Notes: a model not told the origin generated them from the sequence alone. DNA of 64,000 nucleotides from Opitutales bacterium (GCA_040398005.1 JBBAUX010000007.1:35621-99620); one strand, 5' to 3'; positions 48,615 through 59,073 are shown, counted from the stretch's first letter. Made by a program: numbers and translations.

Positions 48615-49895
48615 ATGCAGGAGAACGCCCACTCATCCCTGACACGACTTCCGTGGCTCTGGGTCTTGGGTGGCTTTCTTTTTCAAACGATTCCCGCAGC
48701 CCTGCGCGATGAAGCCCTGCCCGTCGTACTGAAAAATCACGGAGTGAATGATGCAACCATCACTCAAGTGGTTGCTGTTCTCGGATTAATCGTGGCTCTC
48801 AAAATATTCTGGGCACCCTTCCTCAGTCTCCTCGGAAAACCGCGCACGCTCATTATATCCTGCCAGTCAGGCATGATTCTCTGCATTCTACTGCTCAACC
48901 ATTTCATTGGATTAGAACAAGTAACTACGATCGCCGTTGTCTTGTGTATCCTAACCTTATTGTCGGGCGGACATGACTTCCTTCTCGATGGATATTACGT
49001 GCATTCGTTAAATGATAATCAGCGCGCAAAATATTCTGGGCTACTTAATTTTGCTTCAAAGCTTGGACAAGTTTTAGCGGGTCCAGGATTAATCTATCTC
49101 GCGTGGTACTTTCATAAGCATTCAAACCCGCCGACGAACGATATAAACCTAACTTTAATATGTTTAGCCGCATTTAGTTTAGTGGTACTTTTGCTTACCC
49201 AGTGGGGCTTCACTCGGGAACCGAAGGAAACTATCTCAGCGGACCAGGATAAGCTATCTATGCTCAAAGAAATGGGCGGAGCACTCAAATCGCTCTATCA
49301 AGATTCGAGACTGCCGATTATCATTGGTCTCATCTTTTTCTATCGAGCTAGTGAGGTTCATATGAACCACGTGATTAAACTCTTTGCCAAAGCGAGTGTG
49401 CTCCAAGGTGGACTTGGACTTGATGATGAAACCTACGCGTACTTGCGCATTACCACTGCGATTCTGGGACTCGCGATCGGCGGTATCGTAGGCTCAGCCA
49501 TTATCACCCGTCGCGGTCTGGCTCAATCACTCGTTCCTCTGGGCATCTGCATGCATTTACCGCTGATTGGGATCAGCTGGTTATCGTTTCATGTAAATCC
49601 GCTACCTTCACTCACCGTTATTTCTATAATTTTCTTCATCGAATACTTAGCCTTCGGTGCTGGTCTTTGTGCATTAATTTTAGCGATGATGAAACTCGCA
49701 GCCGGTGCGCAAGCAGCCGTGAGGTACGCCCTATTATCCACGCTCTCACTGATCGCCGTATACTTACCTGGACTTTGGGCAGGCAAACTTTCTAATCTCT
49801 TGGGATACTCCGGATACTTCTTAGCTGCTTTAGCCTTAGCCATTCCCGGTATTTTGGTAGCGGTCTTAGCCGCTAGAAAACTAGAAGAAGCTTAA
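48615..49895 (+). CDS. AmpG-like MFS transporter
   Basis: About 12 TM segments, K.FWAPF, HD..LDGYY, FFYR.SE and YALLS. Confidence 0.75.
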   Translation: MQENAHSSLTRLPWLWVLGGFLFQTIPAALRDEALPVVLKNHGVNDATITQVVAVLGLIVALKIFWAPFLSLLGKPRTLIISCQSGMILCILLLNHFIGLEQVTTIAVVLCILTLLSGGHDFLLDGYYVHSLNDNQRAKYSGLLNFASKLGQVLAGPGLIYLAWYFHKHSNPPTNDINLTLICLAAFSLVVLLLTQWGFTREPKETISADQDKLSMLKEMGGALKSLYQDSRLPIIIGLIFFYRASEVHMNHVIKLFAKASVLQGGLGLDDETYAYLRITTAILGLAIGGIVGSAIITRRGLAQSLVPLGICMHLPLIGISWLSFHVNPLPSLTVISIIFFIEYLAFGAGLCALILAMMKLAAGAQAAVRYALLSTLSLIAVYLPGLWAGKLSNLLGYSGYFLAALALAIPGILVAVLAARKLEEA

Positions 49896-52447
49896 GCTTT
49901 TTTCGGGACGACAATTAATTGCTGCGCGTGGGATAGTTTAAAATATTTCTGAGCGTAGCTTTGAATCTGCTTACTATCGGTTTCATTCATTCGGCGTTCC
50001 CATTCAGCATCGAAATTCGCACCGAGGCCAACGAGTTCGCGGGTGAGTGCACCCTGCATGCGACGACCCGCAGATTGACGGCCCTGCCGTCTCCCCACGC
50101 GCAATCGGCGTTTCGCATCTTCAATCTCATGCTCTTTAAATTCGCCTTTCGAAAGTCGCGCCAACTCGCCCTTCATCTCATCAATGACCTGCTGAGCCGC
50201 CTCCTGAGTCGTCCCACCATAAAGATAGAACATACCTTGGTCAGCAGTCTCAACGCGTGTTGCACCCACAAAGTAAGCTAAGCCTTTTTCTTCACGCACA
50301 CGTTGGAAAAGTCCGCTGGCCATCCCGCTTAACAATTCCTCAATCACATTAGCAGCTGTAACCATCACGGGTGCAAAACCACAATGAGGGAACGCTAAAC
50401 ATACCACGGCTTGTTCGCCTACTGCGGTGAACTGATCCTCACTGCTGGGCTTGAGGGTATGAGGCTTAAGGGTCTCTTGTTTAAATTCTACCTTGGGTAA
50501 GATACCAAAATATTTCTTAACGAAATCTAAGGCAACACGACGATCAAAGGAGCCACTGATACCGATGATTAAATTAGAAGAGACCACTAATTTTTTATGT
50601 AATTCAATGATATCGGATTGTTTGAGTTTTTCGATCGTTTCGGGTGTGCCACACGCATCAATGCTCAAAGGGTGATTTCCGAAAAACTGTTTCAGTAAGC
50701 GGAGTCGGGCTTTCTCAACGATATCATCTGCCGCCTCTTTACAGGCCGCAATCGCGCTGGCTTTTTCCGACTCAAAAGCGTCGCCCAATATTTTTGGCAT
50801 GAGAATACCGTTCTTAACCAGTTCAGCGATTTGTTCGAAATCAGAACTCAACGCTTCGCCCCATAATCCGCAGGAGAGTTGCGAACCAACATCAGCGAAG
50901 GTCGCCCCAATCCGATCCACAATCTGGGCGACTTCTTGTCGGCTGTGCTGAACGGTGTCACGCGTTAACAGGGTTGAGAGAATTCCGGTAGCGCCTCTTT
51001 TCGCGTCGTTTTCATAAGCAATACCAGCCGAGAAATAGACCCCGAAACCAGCCTTCGGCACGGAGTGATCTTCTTGCAGGACAACCCGCACACCGTTCTC
51101 GAGCGTAATGAATTCGAATGCATCTGGAGTTTTAATTTGAGCTTTTGTATCCGAGGTTGCCGTAGACTTTTTAGCATTCATCACCCCAAAAGTTACAGAT
51201 TCAGGTTTCAAATAGGTACGACCAACCTGCGTAAGGTCTTCGGGAGTTAAACGCGCCAACTCTTCGACGCCGCGCAGTGGCCAAGCGTGGTCATAGCCAA
51301 TACACGCCGCGTAAGCACTGCGAGCAGTCGCCGCATGAATGGTTTTGAGTCCATTAACCATGGCGACGACCGTTTGTCGGCGAACTTTTTCGAATTGTGC
51401 CTGACTCACTCCATTATCCTGAAGCTCATTAATTTTTTCTAAAATAGATTTTTCAATGACGGTGTGATCAGCGTGCGCATCGCCAATCCAACTCAGCCAA
51501 GCTAGACCAATATCCTTGAGTCCCATGGCATGAGCGTCCACCGCATGAACTAACTTTTTATTTTCGCGAAGCTCGTCCCACAAAATGGAACTATTACCGC
51601 TACCGAGCACGCCTAAGAATAAATCAATGGCACTGCGGTCTTTGGCAAAGAATCCTGGAATTTTCCACGTCGCTACACCCTTACAGATTGAAACATCGCG
51701 AGCGACCTCGACACGCCGAGGTGCAGCCATGGGCGGCTCAATCACGGGCACTTCTTGAATCACCGGATTTCTGGAAAATCGTCCAAACCACTGTTCTACG
51801 GATTTAAAAACTTCATCGGGATCCATCGAACCCCCAATCGCAAGCACTACATTTTCAGGTGCGTACCTGCCTTTATGATAGGCCCGTAAATCATCGGGTG
51901 TGATTTTAATAAACAGATCTTTGTGGCCGATGATGGGATGGCGCATCGGATGCACATGCAGTGCCTCCTCTAAAATCTTTTCGGCGAAGATGCTATCGTG
52001 TTCATCATCACGCATCGCGATTTCACGTAAGATCACGTCTCGTTCTACTTTCGCATCTTCCTCACTGATTAACGGATCAAAAACCATCTCAGAGATAGCT
52101 TCCATCGCCGTGGCAAATCCCTCTTCGGGCGCATCGACGTAATAAACCGTTCGATCAAAGGTCGTGTACGCGTTCGAACTTCCACCCACGCGGTGAATAG
52201 CTTCAGTTAATTCACGATTGGCAAAACGGGCCGTGGCCTTGAATACCATATGCTCCAGATAGTGTGAGATGCCTGACCCTTCCCACTTGCCCTCTTGAGC
52301 ACTTCCCGTGCGCACCCACCCTTGTACGGTGCAAAGACCAATCCCCGGACGGTGCGTGTATAATACTTCGAGGCCATTAGGCAAAACTCGTCTCAGTGGG
52401 GCCGGCCCAGCGATTTGCGTAAAGTTAAGTCCTTCTAAATAAGCCAT
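49892..52447 (-). CDS. M16 family zinc peptidase (two fused halves)
   Basis: HxxEH (SHYLEHMVFK), NAYT.FDRT.Y. The second half lacks the zinc motif and has RE.KGLAY. Confidence 0.93.
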   Translation of the reverse strand: MAYLEGLNFTQIAGPAPLRRVLPNGLEVLYTHRPGIGLCTVQGWVRTGSAQEGKWEGSGISHYLEHMVFKATARFANRELTEAIHRVGGSSNAYTTFDRTVYYVDAPEEGFATAMEAISEMVFDPLISEEDAKVERDVILREIAMRDDEHDSIFAEKILEEALHVHPMRHPIIGHKDLFIKITPDDLRAYHKGRYAPENVVLAIGGSMDPDEVFKSVEQWFGRFSRNPVIQEVPVIEPPMAAPRRVEVARDVSICKGVATWKIPGFFAKDRSAIDLFLGVLGSGNSSILWDELRENKKLVHAVDAHAMGLKDIGLAWLSWIGDAHADHTVIEKSILEKINELQDNGVSQAQFEKVRRQTVVAMVNGLKTIHAATARSAYAACIGYDHAWPLRGVEELARLTPEDLTQVGRTYLKPESVTFGVMNAKKSTATSDTKAQIKTPDAFEFITLENGVRVVLQEDHSVPKAGFGVYFSAGIAYENDAKRGATGILSTLLTRDTVQHSRQEVAQIVDRIGATFADVGSQLSCGLWGEALSSDFEQIAELVKNGILMPKILGDAFESEKASAIAACKEAADDIVEKARLRLLKQFFGNHPLSIDACGTPETIEKLKQSDIIELHKKLVVSSNLIIGISGSFDRRVALDFVKKYFGILPKVEFKQETLKPHTLKPSSEDQFTAVGEQAVVCLAFPHCGFAPVMVTAANVIEELLSGMASGLFQRVREEKGLAYFVGATRVETADQGMFYLYGGTTQEAAQQVIDEMKGELARLSKGEFKEHEIEDAKRRLRVGRRQGRQSAGRRMQGALTRELVGLGANFDAEWERRMNETDSKQIQSYAQKYFKLSHAQQLIVVPKKA

Positions 52448-52612
52448 AGGTTAAACATAAGCATAGTTCAGACCGGAGCAAGTTCGACTCACCAGATTCA
52501 TATTTAAACCTAGAAATCAAATGCGGTTGAGAAGATTTACGCTTTTTCCGAGGATACTATTACAATTTCTTTGCACCCCTTGCCGTTAATCGCACAACTA
52601 ACCCTTCAAAGT

Positions 52613-53758
52613 ATGTACATCCCACCTGAAATTCGTTCCCAGCTTGAAGAAATCGAGCGTCGGTCGGGGTATCTTTGGAAATTTTTAGATGTTCCTGGCA
52701 AGCAGGCCAAAATAGCTGAGCTGGAAAATCAAATGACGGCCTCCAACTTTTGGGACAGTCAAAAATCTGCACAAAAAGTTATTTCTGAATGTAATAATTA
52801 TAAAACTGTCGTCGCCCCGCAGGTTGCCTTCAAACGGAAACTCGAAGACGCCAAAACTTTAGCGGAGATTATCGTCGAGTCACCCGATGGTACGGTGGAT
52901 GCAGAAATGGAAGAACTTCGCAAAACGGCTGCCGATCTTCTCGCAGAAGTCTCCGACCTCGAAATCGCTTCATTCCTTTCCGGACTCCACGACAAATCAA
53001 ACGCCATCGTCACCATCAAAGCTGGTGCGGGTGGTACCGAGTCGAACGACTGGGCTGATATCCTTTTCCGAATGTACACGCGCTGGGCCGAACGTCGTGG
53101 ATTCAAAATTGAAATTGAAGACGTCGCTGAAGGTGATGGTGCCGGAATTAGCCAAGCCACCTTCCGTCTCGAAGGTCCCAATGCCTACGGTTATGTAAAA
53201 GCTGAACGCGGCGTCCATCGTCTCGTCCGTATTTCCCCGTTTGATGCGAATGCCCGACGCCACACCTCGTTTGCGTCGGTCGACGTCGTTGCGGAAATCG
53301 ATGACGATATCGACGTCGAAATCGAAGAAGCGGATCTTCGTGTCGATGTGTACCGCTCCAGCGGCAAAGGCGGACAACACGTGAACAAAACTGAATCCGC
53401 CGTCCGTCTTACCCACATTCCTACAGGCTTAGTCGTCGCCTGCCAACGTGAACGCTCTCAGGTGAAAAATCGCGCCCTCGCTATGAAAATTTTACGTGCC
53501 CGTATTTACGAAAAATTATTGGATGATAAACGTACCGAGATGGAACGTTACTACGGAGAAAAAGGCGATATCGGTTGGGGTAATCAAATCCGCTCCTACG
53601 TATTCCAGCCTTATCAGATGGTGAAAGATTTACGGACCGGTGTTGAAACGGGAAATATTCAAGCCGTGATGGATGGTGACATTGATGCCTTTATTAATGG
53701 TTGGTTGCGAGCCGGTGGACCCCGCACGCGCAATAAAGATATTAAAATCGACGACTAA
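52613..53758 (+). CDS. prfB: Peptide chain release factor 2, single uninterrupted frame
   Basis: [20 protein letters not shown] (SPF specificity motif), GGQ and WGNQIRSYV. Start ATG 52613. Confidence 0.97.
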   Translation: MYIPPEIRSQLEEIERRSGYLWKFLDVPGKQAKIAELENQMTASNFWDSQKSAQKVISECNNYKTVVAPQVAFKRKLEDAKTLAEIIVESPDGTVDAEMEELRKTAADLLAEVSDLEIASFLSGLHDKSNAIVTIKAGAGGTESNDWADILFRMYTRWAERRGFKIEIEDVAEGDGAGISQATFRLEGPNAYGYVKAERGVHRLVRISPFDANARRHTSFASVDVVAEIDDDIDVEIEEADLRVDVYRSSGKGGQHVNKTESAVRLTHIPTGLVVACQRERSQVKNRALAMKILRARIYEKLLDDKRTEMERYYGEKGDIGWGNQIRSYVFQPYQMVKDLRTGVETGNIQAVMDGDIDAFINGWLRAGGPRTRNKDIKIDD

Positions 53759-53762
53759 CGCC

Positions 53763-55154
53763 ATGCCTTCGCAACAAGTTCTCCGTCAAAAGTTATTAGA
53801 GCCACCTCTTTTTGCAGAAAAGATTTGGAAGCTTTCGCCTGAACCTTGGCCGATCTCCGAAGCACAGTTAAAAGAAATTAAAACCATCGGGGCGGCGTGC
53901 TATAGTTATCAGCAAGCGTTGGAGCGTCTCTATGTTCGCTCCTTCACCGATAAAAAGATTTTAAGAAATCGCGATATCCACGCCAAATGGGTATCGACTT
54001 ATTTAGACCGTTTTAAACCTCAAGGACTCATCGATCACGGGAGACACCGCACGATAAAAGGTCAGACCCCTTTAGTTCTCAGACCCGATTTGCTGATCAC
54101 CGACCAAGGCTTTACGATGTCGGAACTAGACAGCGTACCCGGTGGGATTGGTCTCACTGCGTATCTCAACGAAGTGTACGCGGAAGATTTCCCCAACTTA
54201 ATTGGCGGTATCGATATGCCGAAAAAGTTTTATCAAACACTACAACGGCTCACGCCTAACGTTAAATTTCCGTTAATCGCCATCGTGGTGAGTGAAGAGT
54301 CCGCCACCTATCGACCTGAATTCGAATGGTTGGGTGAAAAACTGAGAAGTGACGGTCACGATGTTCATGTCGTCGACCCCTCACAAATCATGCAGATGAG
54401 TGATGAATCGTATATCCCAGTCGATGGTGCCCCGAGAAAAGTGGATCTGATTTATCGGTTCTTTGAGTTGTTTGACTTGGCTAATGTCAAAGGTGCCGAC
54501 GGATTATTTAATGGCATTGAGGCAGGAAAAGTCGTGCTGACTCCGCCGATGAAAGCATTCCAAGAAGAGAAGCTCGGTCTAGCCCTTCTGCACCACCCTA
54601 TTCTCTCAGAGTTCTGGAAAGAAAATCTCCCTGAAGATCATTACGAAGCTCTGTATAAAATTGTTCCCAAAACTTGGATCATGGAACGCACAGAACTGCC
54701 ACCAACCGCTGTTTTACACGCTCCGCAGATTAATGGACGTCCGATACGCGATTGGGCAGAACTCGCCGAAGCCTCACAACGCGACCGAAACTTTATTATC
54801 AAAGCAAGCGGCTTCCACGAAACCGCTTGGGGGGCGCGCAGTGTGACTTTAGGTAGCGATGTATCACGTGAGCAGTGGCTCGAAGCGATTGAGAATGCCT
54901 TGGATCCTGAAAACGAAACATTCCACGTCTTACAGGAATATCACAAACCAAGACGACTCTCTCACCCCGTTTATAATGAAGACGGTACCGTAACTAACGC
55001 CGAAGGACGTGTTCGTCTCTGCCCTTATTATTTTGTGAATGGTGAAACCGTTGAGCTCACTGGTATCTTATCTACTTTCTGTCCAGCTGATAAAAAGATT
55101 ATCCACGGTATGAAAGATGCGGCCTTATTGCCCTGCCAATTAATCACGGCTTAA
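53763..55154 (+). CDS. Uncharacterised circularly permuted ATP-grasp-like ligase (glutathionylspermidine-synthase-like)
   Basis: LRPDL...ELDS.PGG.G, D.IYRFFE, EEK..LALL, P.TW, IIK.SG...WG.R.V and LQEY. Start ATG 53763. Confidence 0.6.
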   Translation: MPSQQVLRQKLLEPPLFAEKIWKLSPEPWPISEAQLKEIKTIGAACYSYQQALERLYVRSFTDKKILRNRDIHAKWVSTYLDRFKPQGLIDHGRHRTIKGQTPLVLRPDLLITDQGFTMSELDSVPGGIGLTAYLNEVYAEDFPNLIGGIDMPKKFYQTLQRLTPNVKFPLIAIVVSEESATYRPEFEWLGEKLRSDGHDVHVVDPSQIMQMSDESYIPVDGAPRKVDLIYRFFELFDLANVKGADGLFNGIEAGKVVLTPPMKAFQEEKLGLALLHHPILSEFWKENLPEDHYEALYKIVPKTWIMERTELPPTAVLHAPQINGRPIRDWAELAEASQRDRNFIIKASGFHETAWGARSVTLGSDVSREQWLEAIENALDPENETFHVLQEYHKPRRLSHPVYNEDGTVTNAEGRVRLCPYYFVNGETVELTGILSTFCPADKKIIHGMKDAALLPCQLITA

Positions 55155-55164
55155 TTCAGCCGTG
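55145..55164 (+). terminator. Stem-loop spanning the stop of the ATP-grasp-like gene
   Basis: CACGGC-ttaattca-GCCGTG with no strong U-tract. Confidence 0.35.
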
Positions 55165-55200
55165 CCTTGCCAAACTCTAAAATAAACTTAGTGTTGGGTT

Positions 55201-57234
55201 ATGCGAATGCTTGCCCTGTGTCTCCTGCTACTGGGAAGACTGATGCCTGCAACATGGGCAGCGGCGCATACGGAAGTTGAATTAGTTAATTTAAGTCCCA
55301 AAGTTGAACCAGGTCAGACTGTACGTGTGGGATTGAAATTTAAGTGTGAACCTAATTATCATATTTATTGGAAAAATGTCGGCGATGCGGGAACGCCACC
55401 GAGTATAAACTGGAAGGAAAATTCTAGTATTAAATCTGGAAATACCTTTTGGCCGGGTCCACACCTTTACGACCAGAAAGGCATCATCAATTTCGTCTAC
55501 TCCGATGAAACCATCATCGTATTCGAAGGTAAGATTTCACCCACAGCCACGGGTGAAATTAAATTTGAAGGACTGGCCGAATGGTTAGAATGCAATGAGA
55601 GCGGCTGCTTTCCCCAGGAAAAACAGGTAAGTTTAACGCTGAATTTAGGGGCTAAAAATAAGGTTACGGAAATTGATGCTGAATATTATCCGGACTTAAA
55701 TCCCGCGGTTTCAACGGTGGGACGGGTTGATAATAATCGATTATATGTAGATACCCCCAAGAACTTGGATCTCAAAAAATGGTTTCCGGAACGTCCCTTC
55801 ATCTCAGCGTACGGCATCGCCACAGCCCTGTATCTCCCTAACCAAATTAAATTTAATCTGCGTGACGCGCCGGAGCCACTCACCGCCGGTCCACTCAGTT
55901 TCGTCGCCGAAACCCCTCAAGGAAAGTTTATCAAAGTTAATGTAAGACTCAGTTCGGAGGGACCGATGACGACCAGCGAGCCTACCCAATCGGCCAGCGA
56001 CACGCTCATCTGGCAGCCGTGGTCGATGGAAGCTCAGACCAAAGCCCTAAATAAAGATAAAATTGTCTACATTGATTTTACGGCACGTTGGTGCGCTACC
56101 TGTCAGGTCAATAAACGTGTATATAACGACGAAGAAGTCATTCGGAGTTTTCAGAAGAATAACATCGTGCTCCTTCGCGCCGATTGGACGAAGAAAGATT
56201 CCGCTATTTCGGCAGAACTCAAAAAATATAAACGCGAAGGGATTCCTCTGAATGTCATCCTAAAAAATCAGCGAGAACCCATTAGTCTTTCCGAAGTTTT
56301 AACTAGTAAGGAAGTGCTCAATGGCATTGAAGCTGCCGTCCTTAATCAGCCCTATAAATCGAGCGATGCCTCCCACCCCTTCTGGGTCTGGTTACTGCTC
56401 GCGATGGGTGGAGGATTTATTCTTAACCTCATGCCCTGTGTGTTTCCAATGATTGGCATCAAAATTCTCGGCTTCGTTAATGACGCCGGTGCTAAAAATA
56501 AAACCATTCTCCTCCATGGCTTACTCTATACCCTGGGTGTCGTTATCAGCTTTATTAGTTTATCTATTCTCATTCTGGTTTTAAAAAATACCGGCAGTGC
56601 CGTCGGTTGGGGTTTTCAAATGCAGTCCGCCAGCTTCGTCTTAGCGACCGTATTCTTGATGGTCATCCTGGGTTGGAGTTTCCTTGGGCTCTTTGAAATC
56701 GGATCCAGTTTCGCTGGGACAGTTGCACAGTCTAATCAGTCGACCGGATCTTGGGGCGCCTTCCTCTCTGGCGTGCTTGCCACCGCCGTAGCGACACCCT
56801 GCACCGCGCCTGGACTCGGTGCAGCCATTGGATTCGCTTTGGATAATCAGCGGACGAATCTGGAGACGATATCACTCTTCATTGCGATGGGTCTCGGTAT
56901 GGCCTCACCTTATTTATTTTTATCAGTCTTTCCTAAGTTAACCCGCTTCCTCCCCAAGCCAGGCGAGTGGATGGAAACCTTGAAAAAAGTTTTAGCCCTC
57001 CCGCTCTTCGCCTACGCCGCCTACCTGCTCTGGGTGCTCAACGGAATTTCCGCCAACGCAAATTGGATTCGTGACATCTATATCGGATTAGTTCTGATTT
57101 CCATCGCATGCTATACATTCGGAAAATGGGGTGCCGTTCACCAAACGGATAAAACGCGAAAAATCGCCGTGTGGACTTCGGCGATTCTACTCGTGGCGAC
57201 CTTAAGCTACCTGTTTAGCCAGATACCTAATTAA
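55201..57234 (+). CDS. DsbD-like thiol:disulfide interchange protein with permuted domain order
   Basis: Signal peptide, then DsbD-alpha-like domain (HIYWKN.GD.G.PP, CNESGC), thioredoxin (DFTARWCATC), then CcdA-like TM domain (LNLMPCVFP, TPCTAP, LPKPG.WM). Confidence 0.88.
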   Translation: MRMLALCLLLLGRLMPATWAAAHTEVELVNLSPKVEPGQTVRVGLKFKCEPNYHIYWKNVGDAGTPPSINWKENSSIKSGNTFWPGPHLYDQKGIINFVYSDETIIVFEGKISPTATGEIKFEGLAEWLECNESGCFPQEKQVSLTLNLGAKNKVTEIDAEYYPDLNPAVSTVGRVDNNRLYVDTPKNLDLKKWFPERPFISAYGIATALYLPNQIKFNLRDAPEPLTAGPLSFVAETPQGKFIKVNVRLSSEGPMTTSEPTQSASDTLIWQPWSMEAQTKALNKDKIVYIDFTARWCATCQVNKRVYNDEEVIRSFQKNNIVLLRADWTKKDSAISAELKKYKREGIPLNVILKNQREPISLSEVLTSKEVLNGIEAAVLNQPYKSSDASHPFWVWLLLAMGGGFILNLMPCVFPMIGIKILGFVNDAGAKNKTILLHGLLYTLGVVISFISLSILILVLKNTGSAVGWGFQMQSASFVLATVFLMVILGWSFLGLFEIGSSFAGTVAQSNQSTGSWGAFLSGVLATAVATPCTAPGLGAAIGFALDNQRTNLETISLFIAMGLGMASPYLFLSVFPKLTRFLPKPGEWMETLKKVLALPLFAYAAYLLWVLNGISANANWIRDIYIGLVLISIACYTFGKWGAVHQTDKTRKIAVWTSAILLVATLSYLFSQIPN

Positions 57235-57818
57235 AGCGCGCTAACTGGTGCAGGAGCAGAGTCAGAACCAGCAGAAGGTGCTACAGGCTTCGACGCACCC
57301 GAACGAATGGGACCAGAATAATTAGCATCTACCACAATCGCTTTACGATCTCTGGAACCTGAATCACGACCGGCTGCAGTTTTGTCGGCTTCTTGTTCGC
57401 CCAGCGCGAGCACTTCAATGTTCGTCTCGGTACTACCCACTTTAACTAAATATTCGCGCACCGATTGAGCACGACGATCGGAGAGACCTAAGTTATATTC
57501 TTCAGTACCAAATTGGTCGGTGTAACCCGCAATAATCAGTTTAGTGTTTTTAGCCTGACCGGAAATCGCATCGAGCTTCGCACGTTCTTTGGAATCGACG
57601 GTGTATTTATCAAAACCGAAATAGACGGTCGTTAAAATCGCTTCAGGAGGAATGTTTCCGCTGCGAATCGCTTCAGCCATCGAGCCGAAACCTGATCCAC
57701 GCATTTCCATGCCATTATTAGAGGAGGAATTGCTACCGCCCCAGTCGGAGGGCATTTTAGAAGGACCACAACCTACTAAGAAAATCGACGCTAAGATGGG
57801 AAAGGTTAACTGTTTCAT
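57231..57818 (-). CDS. OmpA-domain lipoprotein (Pal-like)
   Basis: Lipobox FLVGC, VYFGFD, GYTD..GT.EYN.GLS.RRA..V and LGE. Confidence 0.88.
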   Translation of the reverse strand: MKQLTFPILASIFLVGCGPSKMPSDWGGSNSSSNNGMEMRGSGFGSMAEAIRSGNIPPEAILTTVYFGFDKYTVDSKERAKLDAISGQAKNTKLIIAGYTDQFGTEEYNLGLSDRRAQSVREYLVKVGSTETNIEVLALGEQEADKTAAGRDSGSRDRKAIVVDANYSGPIRSGASKPVAPSAGSDSAPAPVSAL

Positions 57819-57868
57819 ATGGGTAATTAGAAAGAGGAAAATTTTGAGTGTCGCAAGCCTCGACTGAC

Positions 57869-59017
57869 CTAGTAGCGGGGGATTTGTTGATCCACTTGGA
57901 GCGACCAGGCATCGATACCACCCTTGATATTAGTGGCTAAAGCATAGCCTTTTGAACGAAGAAATTGCGTCGCTCGCATGCTTCTACCCCCGTGGTGACA
58001 GATGACGAGCACCGGACGGTTTTGTGGAATATTCGAAAGTTGATTAGGGATATCGGCCAACGGAATTAGACGAGCCTGGGCCACATGACCAATCGCATGC
58101 TCATCAGTCTCACGCACATCAATGAGAACAGGAGGCTGCGCTGAACTCAGTTGTTGATGAGCTTCCGTCACTGAAATTTCTAAGGGTGATTCTTTCATAT
58201 TTAAATTAGAAGTTTCACAAACGGTTGATTGGTAGTTCTCGGCTCTGATTTCGGAAATCTGGGGCGACTTACCACAAACCGGACAGTGACTATCTTGTGC
58301 GATGGAAATTTTTTGGCTTCTGCCCTCTGCCACGTTAATGACAAACATCTGAGAGTGCTGACGTTGTTTAAGTAAAATGGCTAAAACTTCAGCAGCCATC
58401 CATGAACCGATGACTCCGCACGTCGCACCCAATACTCCCGCCTCCGAACAGGTCGGCACAGAATCAGCATCAGGAATCGTGGGATAGACACATCGGTAAC
58501 ATCCCTGTTGAGGTAAAAATGTACCCACCTGGCCTTCGCCTCTTAAAACACTGCCATGAACCAACGGTTTCTTCGCTAAGACACAAGCGTCTGCCGCCAA
58601 GAACCTCGTCGCAAAATTATCAGCTCCATCCACGACCACGTCATAGCGACTCACGAGTTCGAGTGCATTGTCGGCAGTGAGTCCTTCGGGATGTAAAATA
58701 ATTTCGGCACCTGGATTTAATTCCTTCAGCGATTCAGCGGCCGAAATAGTTTTGGGTAATCCGAGCGTATCAAATCCGTGAATGATTTGACGGTGTAAAT
58801 TGCTGAGATCTACCTTGTCAGGATCCGCGATGCCGATGGTGCCGACTCCGGCGGCGACCAGGTATAAAGCAACCGGTGACCCCAGACCACCCGCACCGAT
58901 TAATAGGACTTTTGCATTTTTAATATGAAGCTGACCACCCTCACCCACTTCGGGTAGACGCATCTGGCGAGCGTAGAGGGCGCGCTCATGTCCAGTGAGT
59001 GTTACTGCCGTTTTCAT
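57869..59017 (-). CDS. MoeB/ThiF adenylyltransferase fused to rhodanese (MoeZ-like)
   Basis: GAGGLGSP, SNLHRQ, DNF.TR, CYRC...CPVC zinc site, and rhodanese DVRE...CHHGGRS. Confidence 0.93.
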   Translation of the reverse strand: MKTAVTLTGHERALYARQMRLPEVGEGGQLHIKNAKVLLIGAGGLGSPVALYLVAAGVGTIGIADPDKVDLSNLHRQIIHGFDTLGLPKTISAAESLKELNPGAEIILHPEGLTADNALELVSRYDVVVDGADNFATRFLAADACVLAKKPLVHGSVLRGEGQVGTFLPQQGCYRCVYPTIPDADSVPTCSEAGVLGATCGVIGSWMAAEVLAILLKQRQHSQMFVINVAEGRSQKISIAQDSHCPVCGKSPQISEIRAENYQSTVCETSNLNMKESPLEISVTEAHQQLSSAQPPVLIDVRETDEHAIGHVAQARLIPLADIPNQLSNIPQNRPVLVICHHGGRSMRATQFLRSKGYALATNIKGGIDAWSLQVDQQIPRY

Positions 59018-59073
59018 TTAGTCTATTCATCGAATCTGGTGCCGTATGTCAAACCCCTGCATAGATTATAAAA

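Noticed and set aside
52667..52678. GGG TAT CTT TGG as an active frameshift site in prfB
   Set aside because: It resembles the E. coli site but has TGG rather than TGA. A +1 shift here hits TAG within three codons, while frame 0 encodes full RF2.
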